Shown here: positions 35,496-49,078 of the stretch, in pieces
How the letters are laid out: the number at the start of each line of letters is the position of its first letter
Numbering within the stretch: the first letter of the stretch is position 1
NCBI GenBank assembly: GCA_001661245.1
Contig: KV454017.1
Span: 186,001-250,000, forward strand
DNA from: Pachysolen tannophilus NRRL Y-2460
Taxonomy: Eukaryota
Direction: 5' to 3'
Length of the DNA: 64,000 nucleotides
The notes under the pieces: generated by a model
What the model was told of the DNA's origin: nothing
What the model saw: only the letters and a program-made list of their open reading frames with translations
Databases searched by the model: none
Program-made: the position numbers and the translations under genes

Positions 35496-35741
35496 CTTTC
35501 TCTATTAAAATCCAACATTTTGTCCTTTTTCAATCGGAAAAACTTTTTTTGGTCGTGTGAAATTTTGCAAATTTTTCGGAAAAAAATTTTTTTTTGAAAA
35601 AAAAAAAAAAATTTTTTAGCAGTGAAAAATCACAGAAAAGAGGAAAGAGAGATGAGGAAACCAAATAGTTTTTATAGTTAAATATTTGTGTTTTTTCTTT
35701 TTTTTTCTTAAAAATTGTTGAGGAGTTGTGATAGGTTGAAG

Positions 35742-37471
35742 ATGATCTCTGCTACTAGTTGGGTTCCGAGAGGATATGCGTCTGAGTTTCCTGAAAAATA
35801 TGAGTTGGACGATGAGGAGATGCTGAGAATCACGGCCATGGCCAATTTAGAAATTTCTGATGCTAGGAAAGGTTTAAAAGAAGCTGAAGAAGCTGAAGAA
35901 GTTGAGGGAACGACTGAAGAAAGTTCAAATAGAGATGCATTGAAGGATGAGATTGAGTTTGATAATGATTTGAAAGAATACGATTTGGAGAATTATGATA
36001 ATGGGCCTGTAGATTCGGAAGGTACACCTTTAACAATGTTTCCTGGTTTATCCAACTCTGATGCAAGGTATCATGAGAATGAAGGTGAAGATGGGAATGG
36101 AGACCCTTATATTTCACTTCCTACAGAGGATGACTTGCAACAGGAGAAGGAAGAGTTACAAGTTTATCCCACTGATAATATGGTTTTGGCTACAAGAACT
36201 GAGGATGATGTTTCTTATTTGGATGTTTATATCTATGATGATGGTGCAGGTGCTCCTGAAGGCTCAAATGAAGAAGAAGGTGATAAATTAGATAGAGATG
36301 CCGCTAAAGGGTTGGTCAGAGAGAGCAATTTATATGTACATCACGATTTGATGTTACCTGCTTTCCCCTTGTGTGTTGAATGGATTAATTTTAAACCTAA
36401 TGGTGAAAATAATGATTCTAATATTGGGAATTTTGCAGCAATTGGTACTTTTGATCCAACTATTGAAATTTGGAATTTAGATTCAATTGATAAACTGTTT
36501 CCAGATGTAATATTGGGAGAAAATAATAATAATAATAATTTTCAATTAAAGAAAAATTCTAAAAAAAATAAAAAAATAAAAATATTCATGTTAAAACTCA
36601 TCATACAGATGCAATCTTATCATTATCACATAATAAGGCTCATAGATCTGTATTAGCTTCAACTTCTGCAGATTCTACAGTTAAAATATGGGATTTATCT
36701 ACAGCTTCTGCTGTAAGATCAATGAATCAAATACATCAGGGTAAACAAGTTTCATCATCACAATGGTATAAAGATGATGGTTCAATATTACTTACAGGTG
36801 GATATGATGGTCATGTGGCAATATCCGATGTAAGAATATCATCAGATGAAAATATGACAAAAAGATGGCGTGTGGGTAATGGTACTGAAGATGTTGAAAG
36901 TGTAAAATGGGGATCTTTAGATGGTTTATTCTATGCAGGTACTGATAAGGGTAATGTATATTGTTTTGATGCTAAAATGACATCAAAACCAGTTTGGACT
37001 TTACATGCCCATGATGCAGGTATTTCAAGTTTGGAAATAAATAATTTTATTCCAGGTCTCTTGGTAACTTGTGCAATGGGTGAAAAACTTATTAAATTAT
37101 GGAAAGTTAATCAACAAAATATTCCTTCTATGGTACTAAGTCGTGATTTTGGTTGTGGTAATGTATTTTCCTCTTGTTTTGCACCAGATATTGAGGTCTG
37201 TGGAAATTTAACAATAGGAGGAGTTACTGGAGGTTTGAAAATGTGGGATTGTTTCTCAAATAGAGGTGTTAGAGCTGCTTTTAAAGATGAATTGAAAATT
37301 TTACAAAAAAAAGCTAGAGATTTTGCAAAAGAAAATGGTAGAAGCTCAAGAATAGCAAGAAAATACATAAATGATCAAACTACTGAAACAATTATGGTTC
37401 CTGAAACTGGTGGTTTAGAAGAAGATGAGGAAGATTTAGATCTGGAAGAACTGTGGGAAAATGAAGATTAG
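35742..37471 (+). CDS. PWP1: WD40 ribosome-biogenesis factor Pwp1; one apparent -1 frameshift at A7 36570-36576
   Basis: MISATSWVPRG, LYVHHDLMLPAFPLCVEW, GTFDPTIEIWNLD; the shifted frame gives HHTDAILSLSHN..RSVLASTSAD and joins ORF 36722-37471; divergent from NMT1 as in S. cerevisiae. Confidence 0.9.
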
Positions 37472-37866
37472 ATTTTTTTTTTCAACTTTTTAACTTTTTG
37501 ACTTTTCATTTTTTATTTGCTGTAACATAGACAATTAAATCAATACTATTTCAACGCTGAGGAATTCATGTAGTGACTTGCTAGACATCTTTAAATCCAA
37601 TCTCTCAAGTGATGATGACTTCGTCTTTTATCTCTAATCTTGTCTCATTAACCTGCTTTCTTCAGTCCTATACACAAGCTCGTCTATAAATACAGCTTTC
37701 AAATTCGATGATGAGCTAGTTCTTCTTGATAAAAGAAAAAAAAAAATAAAAAAAAAAAAAACTTTGAATTTCTTCATATTCTCTATATAAAAGAATTATA
37801 GTGACACGGAATGAGAAGTTTAGGAGGTTGTAAGAGATAAGAGGTAAGAAAGGTTGAGTAATAAGT

Positions 37867-39720
37867 ATGAAAACAGATTATTATGAATTACTTGGAGTGG
37901 AAACAAAATGTGGTGAAACTGAGTTAAAAAAAGCATATAGAAGAAAAGCGTTACAATTACATCCAGATAAAAATCCTGATAACGTTGAAGAAGCTACAAG
38001 GCAGTTTAATTTGGTGAGAGCTGCTTATGAGGTTTTATCTGATCCTCAAGAAAGAGCTTGGTATGATTCACATAAGAATAGTATATTAAGAGAAGATAAT
38101 GATTATGCAGATGAAGAAGGTTCTTCAACTTCTTATGAAGTTGTTGGTACTAGTACCGATGAATTATTACGTTATTTTGATCCTTCAATGTATTCAAGAA
38201 TTGATGATTCGATTCAAGGTTTTTATAAAGTTGCACTGATGTTATTTGCAAAATTAGCAAGTGAAGAAGTTTTTTCTGGTAAGCAACAAGAATTGGATGA
38301 TTTTTATAAATATAAAGATGATAGTCCTTCTGCTAATGTTGTTGATAGTTCAGAATTATTATTTCCAAGATTTGGTGACTCTAGATCAGATTATGCCACT
38401 GAAGTGCGAGTATTTTATCAAAAATGGTCATCTTTTCAATCTATTAAAACTTTTAGTTGGGTAGATGAATACAGATATTCTAGAACACATGATCGTAGGA
38501 CAAGACGTTTAGTTGATAAAGAGAATAAAAAACTGAGAGATAATGCAAGAAGAGAATATAATGAAACTGTTAGGAGTTACGTAGCGTTTATTAAGAAAAG
38601 AGATCCAAGAGTTAAAAGTGGTGCAGCTGCTTTTGAAAAGGCAAAACGTAAAAAAGAACAAGAAGAAAAAAGAAAACAAGCTCAAAGAGATAGAGAAGCT
38701 AATTTAGCAAAAAGAAATGAATATCAACAACAAAATTGGCAAACAATTGATCTGGGCGATTTTGCAGAGATAGAAGAACAACTAGATAAATTACATGAAG
38801 AAGATTTATACCTGAATAAAGATGAAAAAGAACAAGATGAAGAAAATATATACGAATGTATTATTTGTAATAAAGATTTTAAAAGCAAAAGACAATTCAA
38901 AGAACATGAAAAATCTAAAAAACATCTCAAGTTATTGAGAAGGTTGAAATGGGAGATGAGAAAGGAAGGAATAGAATTGGGATTCGATACTTCATTGGAT
39001 GAAAGCGACATGGAAGATGAATTTGAAACTGCAAGTAGTGGTGATGAATTTCAAGCAAGCGAAAATGAAACTGAAACTGAGAGTGAAAATGAAAATGAAG
39101 TTGAAAATAATGAAAAGAAACTGGAAAAAGACAATTATGAAACAGAAAATTCTACAAAAAAATTAAATCTTGAAGATGATCTTGACAGTGAAATAGAAAT
39201 AGACGATCTGATTGATAGCGATTATTCTGGAATGGGAAGTTTTGTCAAGAAAGAGAAAGAAAAAAAACAGCAAAGACTGCCATCAGATGATTCGGATCAG
39301 GATCAGGATCTGACTCAAAAGAATCTGAATCGTGATAAAGAAGCTGAGAACGAACTTGAAGTTTTAGCTCGCCTGATAGAAAAAGGTGTCTCTATTAACG
39401 AGTTGCATCAACTAGACGATGATAGTGACAATTCTTGGGATATGTCTAAAAATAAAAATAAAAAATCTAAAAAGGACAAGAAAAAAAAAGTGATATCTTC
39501 TTCTTCTCCTTTTTCTTCTGGTAAAAATAATAACGTTCCAGTACCAAAGACCTCACAAGAACTGGTATCGGCACTGAAACTACAAGATAAGAAAAATTTA
39601 AGCTGTGCTGCTTGTAATGAAGTTTTCCCTTCAAGAAATAAGTTATTTCAGCACGTCAATTCAACTGGACATGCTGCTCCTGTTCCAATCAACAAAAAAG
39701 GCAAAAATAAGAAAAGATAA
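37867..39720 (+). CDS. JJJ1: J-domain co-chaperone with C2H2 zinc fingers (Jjj1/DNAJC21)
   Basis: [56 protein letters not shown]. Confidence 0.93.
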   Translation: MKTDYYELLGVETKCGETELKKAYRRKALQLHPDKNPDNVEEATRQFNLVRAAYEVLSDPQERAWYDSHKNSILREDNDYADEEGSSTSYEVVGTSTDELLRYFDPSMYSRIDDSIQGFYKVALMLFAKLASEEVFSGKQQELDDFYKYKDDSPSANVVDSSELLFPRFGDSRSDYATEVRVFYQKWSSFQSIKTFSWVDEYRYSRTHDRRTRRLVDKENKKLRDNARREYNETVRSYVAFIKKRDPRVKSGAAAFEKAKRKKEQEEKRKQAQRDREANLAKRNEYQQQNWQTIDLGDFAEIEEQLDKLHEEDLYLNKDEKEQDEENIYECIICNKDFKSKRQFKEHEKSKKHLKLLRRLKWEMRKEGIELGFDTSLDESDMEDEFETASSGDEFQASENETETESENENEVENNEKKLEKDNYETENSTKKLNLEDDLDSEIEIDDLIDSDYSGMGSFVKKEKEKKQQRLPSDDSDQDQDLTQKNLNRDKEAENELEVLARLIEKGVSINELHQLDDDSDNSWDMSKNKNKKSKKDKKKKVISSSSPFSSGKNNNVPVPKTSQELVSALKLQDKKNLSCAACNEVFPSRNKLFQHVNSTGHAAPVPINKKGKNKKR

Positions 39721-39963
39721 TAGAAATTTCCTCTAGGCGAGAAATAAATTAATGTAATATTTTAGAATTATCTATATATATTTGAAAATCTAAGTTCTTG
39801 TAATCTTTCTCTAGTAGTTAAAACGCCTAAAAAAAATGATGAAAAACATGAAAAAGATGAAAAATTTGAAAATTCACGTTAAATATATATTTTTTATTTA
39901 TTGATTTTTGTTTTAATTGATCGAATTAATCAGAGGGAATCAAAAGATTTATAACTTTAAAGG

Positions 39964-40482
39964 ATGTCAGAGGAAGATTCAGTAAAGAATCCTGTTGTTG
40001 AGAGTGAAGTTTCAGAGGAAACAAAGGACTCATTGAATAATGGCAAGGAAAATATTATAGAGGAAAAAGTTGATGATAAAAAAGAGACAAATTCAGAGTC
40101 TAAAGAAACTACTGAATCAACATTGAAGAAAAGACCGGCTGAAGAAGAAGAACCGAATTCAAGTAAAAGGGAACATAAGAAAAAACATCGTCATCGTCGT
40201 AATTACGACGATGAGCCACCAGAAGATGAGGGTAAATCTTCTAATGATGAAGATGAAGATGATGGAGAAGAAGATCTTGATGATGATAAATTAGTTGCAG
40301 AAGATCAAGATGATGATGACTTGGCTGAAATTGATGCTTCAAATATCATCACAACTGGAAGGAGAACAAGAGGTAAAGTCATTGATTATTCGAAAGTAGA
40401 CGCGTTATTGAAAAATGAATCCGGTAATCGTGATGCAGATGAAGATGATGAAGATGATGATTTTAAAGAACCAGTTAAATAA
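39964..40482 (+). CDS. CHZ1: H2A.Z chaperone Chz1
   Basis: CHZ motif DDLAEIDASNIITTGRRTRGKVIDY; acidic; adjacent to YPT31. Confidence 0.9.
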   Translation: MSEEDSVKNPVVESEVSEETKDSLNNGKENIIEEKVDDKKETNSESKETTESTLKKRPAEEEEPNSSKREHKKKHRHRRNYDDEPPEDEGKSSNDEDEDDGEEDLDDDKLVAEDQDDDDLAEIDASNIITTGRRTRGKVIDYSKVDALLKNESGNRDADEDDEDDDFKEPVK

Positions 40483-40908
40483 GTTGTGTGTGTGTTTTTT
40501 ATTTTATTTTTTTTGCCAAAAAGTAATATCTATTGTATATTGTAACCTAATTGATCTTATTGAAGCCTACAAACAACAAAAACTAAATCCCAATAAAAAT
40601 ATGTATTCCTTTAATTTTTTGATTTTCTTTTTCTTTTTTTTTCATTTCCTTTTTTTTTTTTTTTCTTTCATTCTATACGTTTACTTATTTCCTGAACTTT
40701 TTATCTACAAAATCTGTTCACTTGTTGTTGTATTTGTCTTCTTTTTTTNTTTTTTTTTTACTTTTTATAAAACATATTTATTTATTCTTTATGTCTTTCA
40801 AGTATTCCAAGTATTTCTAATAAGCTTCTTAACAAATCAAATCAAAATCATTGCATAATGACCCCAGCAATACTTTATTATAATCTTACTTACACCTTTC
40901 AAAAGTAA

Positions 40909-40939
<31 letters not shown>

Positions 40940-40968
40940 TTTTGTTTTGTTTTTATTTTTTGTTAATT

Positions 40969-41731
40969 TTAGCAACAACTTGAGTTTTTAATTTTATTAT
41001 TATCTGCTGGTGTTGGTGTTAAGGAGATTGTTGGGCCATTACCTGGTTTGTTGCTATTGCTATTTGATCCACCAGCACCATAATCATTCATGTCAAATTG
41101 ATGTTTAGAAACCATATCATAAATTGCTTTCAACAATTGATGAAATGATAAATCAACATTTTCAGTATTTAAAGCAGAAGCTTCTGTAAATAATAATTGA
41201 TTTTCTGTTGCAAAATTTCTTGCTTCTTCAGTTGGAACAGCTCTTAAATGATCAAGATCTGATTTATTACCCACTAATTCTATAACAATATTTGCATCTG
41301 CATGTTCTTTTAATTCTTTTAACCACCTACTAACCGATTCATATGATTCACTATTTGAAATATCATAAACAACAAGTGCTCCAACAGCACCTCTATAATA
41401 AGCAGAAGTTATAGCTCTATAACGCTCTTGACCAGCAGTATCCCAAATTTGAGCTTTAACTCTTTTACCATCAATTTCTATAGTTCTAGTTGCAAATTCA
41501 ACTCCAATTGTTGCCTTTGTCTCCAAGTTGAACTCATCTCTTGTGAAACGCGAAAGTAAGTTGGATTTACCTACACTTGAGTTCCCAATTAAAACAACTA
41601 TTTAAAAATTATTTAAAAAATGTTAGTAAAATATCTCACAAAGAGAAATAACAAAAAATAAAAATATAAATAAAATAAAAATACAAACTTTTAAAAAGGT
41701 ATTCGTAATCATATGAATAATCATCAGCCAT
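40969..41731 (-). CDS. YPT31: Rab11-family GTPase Ypt31/32; 2 exons (41731-41689, 41597-40969), 223 aa
   Basis: [68 protein letters not shown] terminus; intron 41598-41688 with GTTTGT, TACTAAC and TAG. Confidence 0.93.
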
Positions 41732-42200
41732 GGTAAATATATTTTATTCCTCTAAATAACAACTCTCCCTTATCAATAATTATCCAATTGAATCCACGAA
41801 TAACTAACCGCTTTATGAATTTGATTATATATATTTATATATATAATATATATAATAACAGCAGTTTCTCTCTGTATCTGAGAGAGGTTTCAAAGAATTT
41901 TTTCTTTTTTTTTTTGATTTTGTTTGAAATGTCCAAAAAAGGTAATTTGTGCTAAAGGAGCACGTCTATATTTAAATACACGACTTTTTAAAGAAAAATT
42001 TAAAAAAAATCATAAAGGTAGTGCTTGTGTTATCAATTGATTTTAGTAGTGTGTTTAAATAACAATTTTAAAGTGTCGTGTGGAAATGTGCCAAAAACTA
42101 AAAAAAAATAATAGGTAGTGTGTATTATAATAAAAACTAAAACAGTCGTGCAGTCTATACTCATAACGCCCCTAAATTTATTCGCTAACTAAAAAAAAAA

Positions 42201-42206
42201 ACGCGT
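42201..42206. promoter_or_regulatory. MCB element (ACGCGT) upstream of SPT16
   Basis: ACGCGT flanked by A-runs, about 200 bp upstream of the ATG. Confidence 0.4.
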
Positions 42207-42406
42207 AAAAAAAAACTCAAAAAAGACCCAAAAAAAAAAGAAAATTTGGCTTCATGTTGGTGGTGAAGAACAATAATAGTAATATAGTAAAGAAGTTTAG
42301 TAAATTTTCTTTTTTTATTATTAATTTTATTTTTTTATAATCAGCGGTTAAATCATTATATATGATTGTCATTATAATCGATCCATCTGAATTTGCTAAT
42401 TGAATA

Positions 42407-45400
42407 ATGTCAGAGATCAAGATTGATTCGGCTCTTTTCAGTAAGAGATTGCTGTTATTGCAGAAAAGTATAAAAGATAAAAATATTTTTAAAGAAGAAG
42501 TTGATTCTATATTAATTGTTACGGGCGCCACTGATGATGATAATCCATATAAGAAATCGACTATTTTACATAATTGGTTACTTGGTTATGAATTTCCAGC
42601 TACTGCTATTTTGATTACTTCGGATTCAATTACAATATTGACTTCTGCTAATAAGGCCAAAATTTTATCACCTTTAAAAGATGTTATTGGTGTTGATAAT
42701 TTTTCAATTTTAATTAGATCAAAAGATTCTGATCAAAATTCAAAATTATTTCAAGATTTTATTGATATTGTTATTTCTAAAGGTTCTAAAATTGGAATAT
42801 TACCAAAGGATAAATTTGAAGGAAAATTTTATCAAGATTGGACTGATAATTATTATTCTAAAAATGAATCAAAATTTGATAAATTAGATATTTCAACTAG
42901 TTTATCTAAAGTATTAGAAATTAAAGATATTCAAGAACAAAATTTAATTTCTATAGCTTCTAAAATTTCAACTAATTTAATGGTTTTTTTCACTGATGAA
43001 ATGATAAATGCTGCTGATGAAGAATTAAATATTACTAATTCTCAATTAAGTGAAAAAATTGAAAATAAAATTGATGATTCAAAATTTTTCCAACAAATGG
43101 AAAAAAATAAATCAATGAAAAAATTGGGTCCAGATTTTGATTTAAATCAAGTAGATTGGTGTTATAATCCAATAGTTCAAAGTGGTCATGATTTCGATTT
43201 AAGACCTTCTGCTCAATCAAATGATAAAAAATTAGAAAGTGGTGTTATTATAAGTGCTATTGGATCTCGTTATAAATCTTATTGTTCAAATATTGCAAGA
43301 ACTTTTTTAATAGATCCTTCAAAAGAAATTGAAAAAAATTATGATTTTATGTTATCTGTTTATCGACAAATATTAAATTATTTAAAAGATGGTATAATTG
43401 CAAAAGATATTTATAATAAAATTTTAAATTTTATTATTCAAGAAAGACCAGATTTAGAAAAACATTTTTTGAAAAATTGTGGATGGTTAATGGGTTTAGA
43501 TTATAAAGATTCAACTTTAATTTTAAATTCTAAAAATGAAAGAGTTTTACATGAAGATTCTATTATTAATATTAATATAGGTTTCCAAAATTTAAAAGAT
43601 AAAGAAAATAATGTTTATTCTTTATTAATATCTGATACTGTTAAAGTAACTAAAAGTGAACCAATATTATTGACAGATTTACCAAAAAATAGATCAGAAA
43701 TATCATTTTATTTTAAAGATGATAATGAAGATGTTAAAAGAGAAGTTAAAGATGAAGATAAATTACCTAATGGGAAACCTAAAAAAATAAGTGATAGAGT
43801 TAAATCTGAAATAAATACAAATTCAAAAATTTTAAAATCAAAATTAAGAACAGAAACAAAAAATCATGATGAAGATCAAGAAAAAATTAAACGTGAATTA
43901 CAAAAACAATTATTAGAAAAAAGAAGAAAAGAAGGTTTAGCAAAATATAGTAAAAGTGATGCTATTGGTGATGTTGAAACAAAAGCAGTTTTTAAAAGAT
44001 ATGAATCTTATCTAAGAGAAAGTCAAATACCTTCAAATGTTAAAGATTTAAAAATTCATATTGATAGTAAAACTCAAACTATTATTTTACCTATATGTGG
44101 AAGACCAGTTCCATTCCATATAAATTCTTTTAAAAGTGGATCCAAGACTGAAGAAGGTGACTATACTACCATAAGGTTGAATTTCAATAGTCCAGGTGGT
44201 GTTAACACGAGAAGGGATGAATTACCATATGAAGATGGTCCGGATAAACAATTTATCAGAAGTTTGACATTTAGATCAAAAGATGGTGCAAGAATGACTG
44301 AAGTGTTAAAAAAAATTCAAGATTTGAAAAAAGAGGCAACAAAGAGAGAAAATGAAAAGAAACAAATGGCAGATGTTGTCACACAAGCCAAATTAATTGA
44401 AGTTAGAGGTATTGGTCGTGGAAAACGTTTAGATCAAGTTTTCATTCGTCCTGGACCTGATTCTAAGAGAGTTGCCGGTTATGTTGAAATTCATCAAAAT
44501 GGTTTAAGGTATCAATCACCAATTAGAAATGATCAAAAAGTTGATGTGTTGTTTTCAAATATTAAGCATTTGTTTTTCCAACCTTGTAAAGATGAATTGA
44601 TTGTTTTAATACATTGCCATTTGAAAACTCCAATCATGATTGGTAAGAAAAAGACTAGAGACGTTCAATTTTATAGAGAAGCCTCTGATATGGCTTATGA
44701 TGAAACTGGAAATAAAAAAAGAAGATATAGATATGGAGATGAAGATGAATTAGAACAAGAACAAGAAGAAAGAAGAAGAAAATTATTATTAGATAAAGAA
44801 TTTAAAGCTTTTGCAGAACAAATTAGTGAAGCTTCAAATGGTTTAGTTGATTTGGATATTCCTTTTAGAGAATTAGGTTTTAACGGTGTTCCGTTTAGAT
44901 CTTCTGTCTTTTGTATTCCAACTAGAGATTGTTTAGTTCAATTAATTGATCCTCCATTCTTGGTGATCACTTTGGATGAAATTGAAATTGTTCATTTAGA
45001 AAGAGTTCAATTTGGATTGAAAAATTTTGATATGGTATTTGTATATAAAGATTTTTCCACAGTCTCAGTTAACACAATTGATGTGGCATTATTGGATGAT
45101 ATCAAAAACTGGTTAAGTGATGTTGATATTCCAGTTACCTCTGGGCCTGTTAACTTGAATTGGTCAGCTATCACAAAGACAATCTTGGCAGATCCTTATC
45201 AGTTCTATGTAGATGGTGGTTGGTCATTTTTGGATGCTGAAGACTCTGATGATTCTGAAGAAGAATCAGAAGAAGAAGATGTCTTCGAACCAGAAGATGA
45301 TGAACCATCTTCAGATGAATATGATGAATCTGCAGAAGATGCTGAAAGTGACTTTTCAGAAGGAAGTGGAAGTGGAAGTGGAAGTGATGAAGATAATGAT

Positions 45401-45448
45401 GATGTGGCTTCTGAAGAAGACGAGGAGGGTGAAGTCTGGAGTGATTAA
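42407..45448 (+). CDS. SPT16: FACT complex subunit Spt16
   Basis: [56 protein letters not shown], acidic tail. Confidence 0.97.
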   Translation: MSEIKIDSALFSKRLLLLQKSIKDKNIFKEEVDSILIVTGATDDDNPYKKSTILHNWLLGYEFPATAILITSDSITILTSANKAKILSPLKDVIGVDNFSILIRSKDSDQNSKLFQDFIDIVISKGSKIGILPKDKFEGKFYQDWTDNYYSKNESKFDKLDISTSLSKVLEIKDIQEQNLISIASKISTNLMVFFTDEMINAADEELNITNSQLSEKIENKIDDSKFFQQMEKNKSMKKLGPDFDLNQVDWCYNPIVQSGHDFDLRPSAQSNDKKLESGVIISAIGSRYKSYCSNIARTFLIDPSKEIEKNYDFMLSVYRQILNYLKDGIIAKDIYNKILNFIIQERPDLEKHFLKNCGWLMGLDYKDSTLILNSKNERVLHEDSIININIGFQNLKDKENNVYSLLISDTVKVTKSEPILLTDLPKNRSEISFYFKDDNEDVKREVKDEDKLPNGKPKKISDRVKSEINTNSKILKSKLRTETKNHDEDQEKIKRELQKQLLEKRRKEGLAKYSKSDAIGDVETKAVFKRYESYLRESQIPSNVKDLKIHIDSKTQTIILPICGRPVPFHINSFKSGSKTEEGDYTTIRLNFNSPGGVNTRRDELPYEDGPDKQFIRSLTFRSKDGARMTEVLKKIQDLKKEATKRENEKKQMADVVTQAKLIEVRGIGRGKRLDQVFIRPGPDSKRVAGYVEIHQNGLRYQSPIRNDQKVDVLFSNIKHLFFQPCKDELIVLIHCHLKTPIMIGKKKTRDVQFYREASDMAYDETGNKKRRYRYGDEDELEQEQEERRRKLLLDKEFKAFAEQISEASNGLVDLDIPFRELGFNGVPFRSSVFCIPTRDCLVQLIDPPFLVITLDEIEIVHLERVQFGLKNFDMVFVYKDFSTVSVNTIDVALLDDIKNWLSDVDIPVTSGPVNLNWSAITKTILADPYQFYVDGGWSFLDAEDSDDSEEESEEEDVFEPEDDEPSSDEYDESAEDAESDFSEGSGSGSGSDEDNDDVASEEDEEGEVWSD

Positions 45449-45527
45449 AGAATTAATTATCAAAAAGTATTTTTTTTTTTCATTTTATTGTCATTTTCTT
45501 ACTTTTTTAAAAATAAAATTATTTTTT

Positions 45528-46234
45528 NNNNNNNNNNNNNNNNNNNNNNNNNNNNNNNNNNNNNNNNNNNNNNNNNNNNNNNNNNNNNNNNNNNNNNNNN
45601 NNNNNNNNNNNNNNNNNNNNNNNNNNNNNNNNNNNNNNNNNNNNNNNNNNNNNNNNNNNNNNNNNNNNNNNNNNNNNNNNNNNNNNNNNNNNNNNNNNNN
45701 NNNNNNNNNNNNNNNNNNNNNNNNNNNNNNNNNNNNNNNNNNNNNNNNNNNNNNNNNNNNNNNNNNNNNNNNNNNNNNNNNNNNNNNNNNNNNNNNNNNN
45801 NNNNNNNNNNNNNNNNNNNNNNNNNNNNNNNNNNNNNNNNNNNNNNNNNNNNNNNNNNNNNNNNNNNNNNNNNNNNNNNNNNNNNNNNNNNNNNNNNNNN
45901 NNNNNNNNNNNNNNNNNNNNNNNNNNNNNNNNNNNNNNNNNNNNNNNNNNNNNNNNNNNNNNNNNNNNNNNNNNNNNNNNNNNNNNNNNNNNNNNNNNNN
46001 NNNNNNNNNNNNNNNNNNNNNNNNNNNNNNNNNNNNNNNNNNNNNNNNNNNNNNNNNNNNNNNNNNNNNNNNNNNNNNNNNNNNNNNNNNNNNNNNNNNN
46101 NNNNNNNNNNNNNNNNNNNNNNNNNNNNNNNNNNNNNNNNNNNNNNNNNNNNNNNNNNNNNNNNNNNNNNNNNNNNNNNNNNNNNNNNNNNNNNNNNNNN
46201 NNNNNNNNNNNNNNNNNNNNNNNNNNNNNNNNNN
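45528..46234. other. Assembly gap (N run)
   Basis: Run of N. Confidence 0.99.
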
Positions 46235-48993
46235 ACCCTAAAAATTCAGAATATTTGGTCCCAAAACAAAGAACGAGCAAAAGTGTCTCTTTTTTTTTTA
46301 CATATACATCTAACACTCACCAACGGTTTGATCATCAAATAATATTTATAATCTTTATAAAGATTTATATGAAAAAATTAGAAAAAAAAATTAATCTTAA
46401 TATCTACCTTCATAACCTTATAAACTTTTATTAACAACACCAATCTTATTGACGGTACAACAACTGAAAACATAGTAAAGGAAGGGGCTTTTTTTAATTT
46501 TTTGGGTTTTTTTTTTTTTTTTAAACTTAAACTTTAGAAAGTCGTCTTTTTTACCTGCTGAGGGATGCGCATGCATATTTGCCCTTTTTTTTATTTTTTT
46601 TTTTGCCTGTCTTTCTACCGTATTAGTTTTAAGGTTACAGAGGAACAGAAATTTTTTGATAGAAAACGACCACCTCTATTGGAGGTGGTGCTAGTTAAGA
46701 TTCTGAAACAGGGCCAGGGCCAGGGCCAAGTTCAGAGCCAAGTCCACCACCATACCAGTAACTGGTAACTTTAGCCGGACCTCTTGGAGGTTAACTAAAT
46801 TAAAATATATTGTCAGTTAATTAATTAATAAATGAGTTTCAGGTGGTTCAAGAGAAGTAAAATGTAAACAAGTTTAGTTATTCCAAGATTCACTTTATTA
46901 GTCAAACAGTTGGTCTATGTCAAAAAAAAATTTAGAAATAAATCGCATACGGCATATAGGTCAAATCTTTCTAACAGTATTCCATGCGTTTTAGCTTGAG
47001 CGTCAATATCACTTTTGATTCTTTTTTTAAAATTATTATTATTTTTTAGCTAAGTCACAGCCCTACAAGACCGGATTTATTATTTCTAGTAATTTATTTT
47101 AATGTTAATATGTATATTGGATAGATTTATGTACTACGGAATTACAGTCTGCGTTGAAGTTTGACTATGCTGGCCTAAAAAAAAAATTAAACTTCACTCA
47201 GTATTAAGAGAGATGCCTAAAGATTGTAGATTGTAGGACCCATAATACATATTATAAATGTATAATGTAAAAACAAAAAAATAGGTTGATAAATAATCCG
47301 ATGTCTGATTTACAAAATGATCAATCAGTCAGTAGTATATTGAGGAAGAAATACAAACTAAGCTTTTTTGTATTTTTGCCTCATATATTTTTTGTGCGCG
47401 TGAGACCATATTATATACATTACCCATCATCATCATCATCATCATCATCATCTATCTGTAGTTCTAACGCTTCAAAGAGAATATGTAATGTTTGTTTTTT
47501 AAAGGGTTTTCTCCGCTATTGATAAATTCAAATTTTCTGACACAGACACTAAAAAACAAATATTAATTTGTTCTTTGATACCATCATCATCGCTTATTAA
47601 CTGTAAAATCAAAAATGACAAAAGAAGTAAAAAAGAAAAAAAATATTTTCTACTCAAGTTGTTTGTTCTAGTATTTCTTGAAACTAGAACAGCTGTTGTT
47701 TTTTTTTTTTTCTCCTATATGAAACTTGACTCAATCAAATAAAAAATTGTGCTAAGAAGTAAAACTAGAAAAATGATTTAAATTATTTTAGTGTGAAGGA
47801 AATAGTGGACCCAAAAGAAACCAAAAAAAGAAACCCAAAAAAAAAAAAATAAAAATGAAAAAAAAAAATGGGTGGTTTGATATATGGAGAAGTTTCCCCC
47901 ATATGAAGAAGAAGAATTTATATCAAACACATTTGCTATTTTCTTGCTTATCAAATGTAAGCCAGAAGACAAAAAAAAAATAAAATAAAATGAAATAAAA
48001 AAATATTTTTCTTTTTTTTTTTGACTTCAAGATAGCGTGTTTCCTGCCTATTTAGTCAAATCTTGTTTGATTAAAATTGAGGGGATCACCAATTGCGGGC
48101 GGAGAAACTCATCGATATATATCATAATATCTGTTCTGAATTATATAAGAAAAATAAAAAAACTAGACAACGATCTACTCTATTCACTTACACGAAAGAA
48201 CGGTATGAGAAGTAAGTAACTGTAAGCTATTGCTGACTGCAAGAACCTTGTAACTTTAGTTGAAATCTCGAGGAGAGTAGTAGCAAACAAGGGGGATGTT
48301 TTTTTTTTTTTTTTTGATTTTTTAAACCTGAAGATTTGAGACTTCAGACTTGGGACTTGAGCCTTATGCTTGAGACTCGCCAATTCATTTACTAACTCGC
48401 ATTTTAAAGTATAAAAGGTCATAAAGAAAATTAGGTCCATGAACTAAAATTCAAAATGAAGGTCAAAGTTAATACTACCTTTATCTCCCAATAAATAGAT
48501 CTAATTTAGTACCAATCGATTCCCATGTTATTACTAGTTTTCTTCTTCTTCTTTTTTTTTTGGTTTTTATGTTTTTTTGATGTTTTTGGCTTTACCTGTT
48601 TTGAAGGTTTCATGTGGAAAACCACAGATTGATTACATGAAATGTCCATAATATATCACGGAGTACGTGTAATCCAAGATATGATTTTGAAAAGAGATCG
48701 AAAAATGAATGCATGCAATACGTAGGTATATGAGTTAACTCTAAAATTTCGCATATACACTATCGAGCATGGTTTATATAGATCAAGACAGCAAACAAGT
48801 ATAATGTATGATTGATTGGATTTAGGAAAAAAAAATACAATAGTTATCGAGAGTACCCCTTTATTTCTTGATGGAAATAGTTACATAACACAATAAACAA
48901 AGTGATATGGGTAAATTACTAAAATGTTGTCCTTATCTCTTTACTTATTAGCTTACTAAATAAATATATAATTTGAATTTTATATTTTTCTCT

Positions 48994-49078
48994 CTGCCTG
49001 CTTGCCTTTCCGCCTGCCGTTCCGCCTGTCAGTCTACCTGCCAGTCTACTTGCCTGCCTGCTTGCTTGCCTGCTTGCC
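48994..49078. repeat. Degenerate (GCCT/GCTT)n tetranucleotide-like repeat
   Basis: ctgcctgcttgcc...ccgcctgcc...tgcctgcctgcttgcttgcctgcttgcc. Confidence 0.6.

Noticed and set aside
37609..37730. GTGATGA resembling a C/D snoRNA box C between PWP1 and JJJ1
   Set aside because: No CTGA box D or terminal stem at a suitable distance; the nearby GATGAG is better explained as a PAC element
45213..46342. Long ORFs spanning the first N gap
   Set aside because: Artefacts of N codons lacking stops
47420..47600. (CAT)n run that could encode poly-Asp on the minus strand after an acceptor-like TTTTACAG
   Set aside because: All frames close quickly; no start codon or recognisable homology
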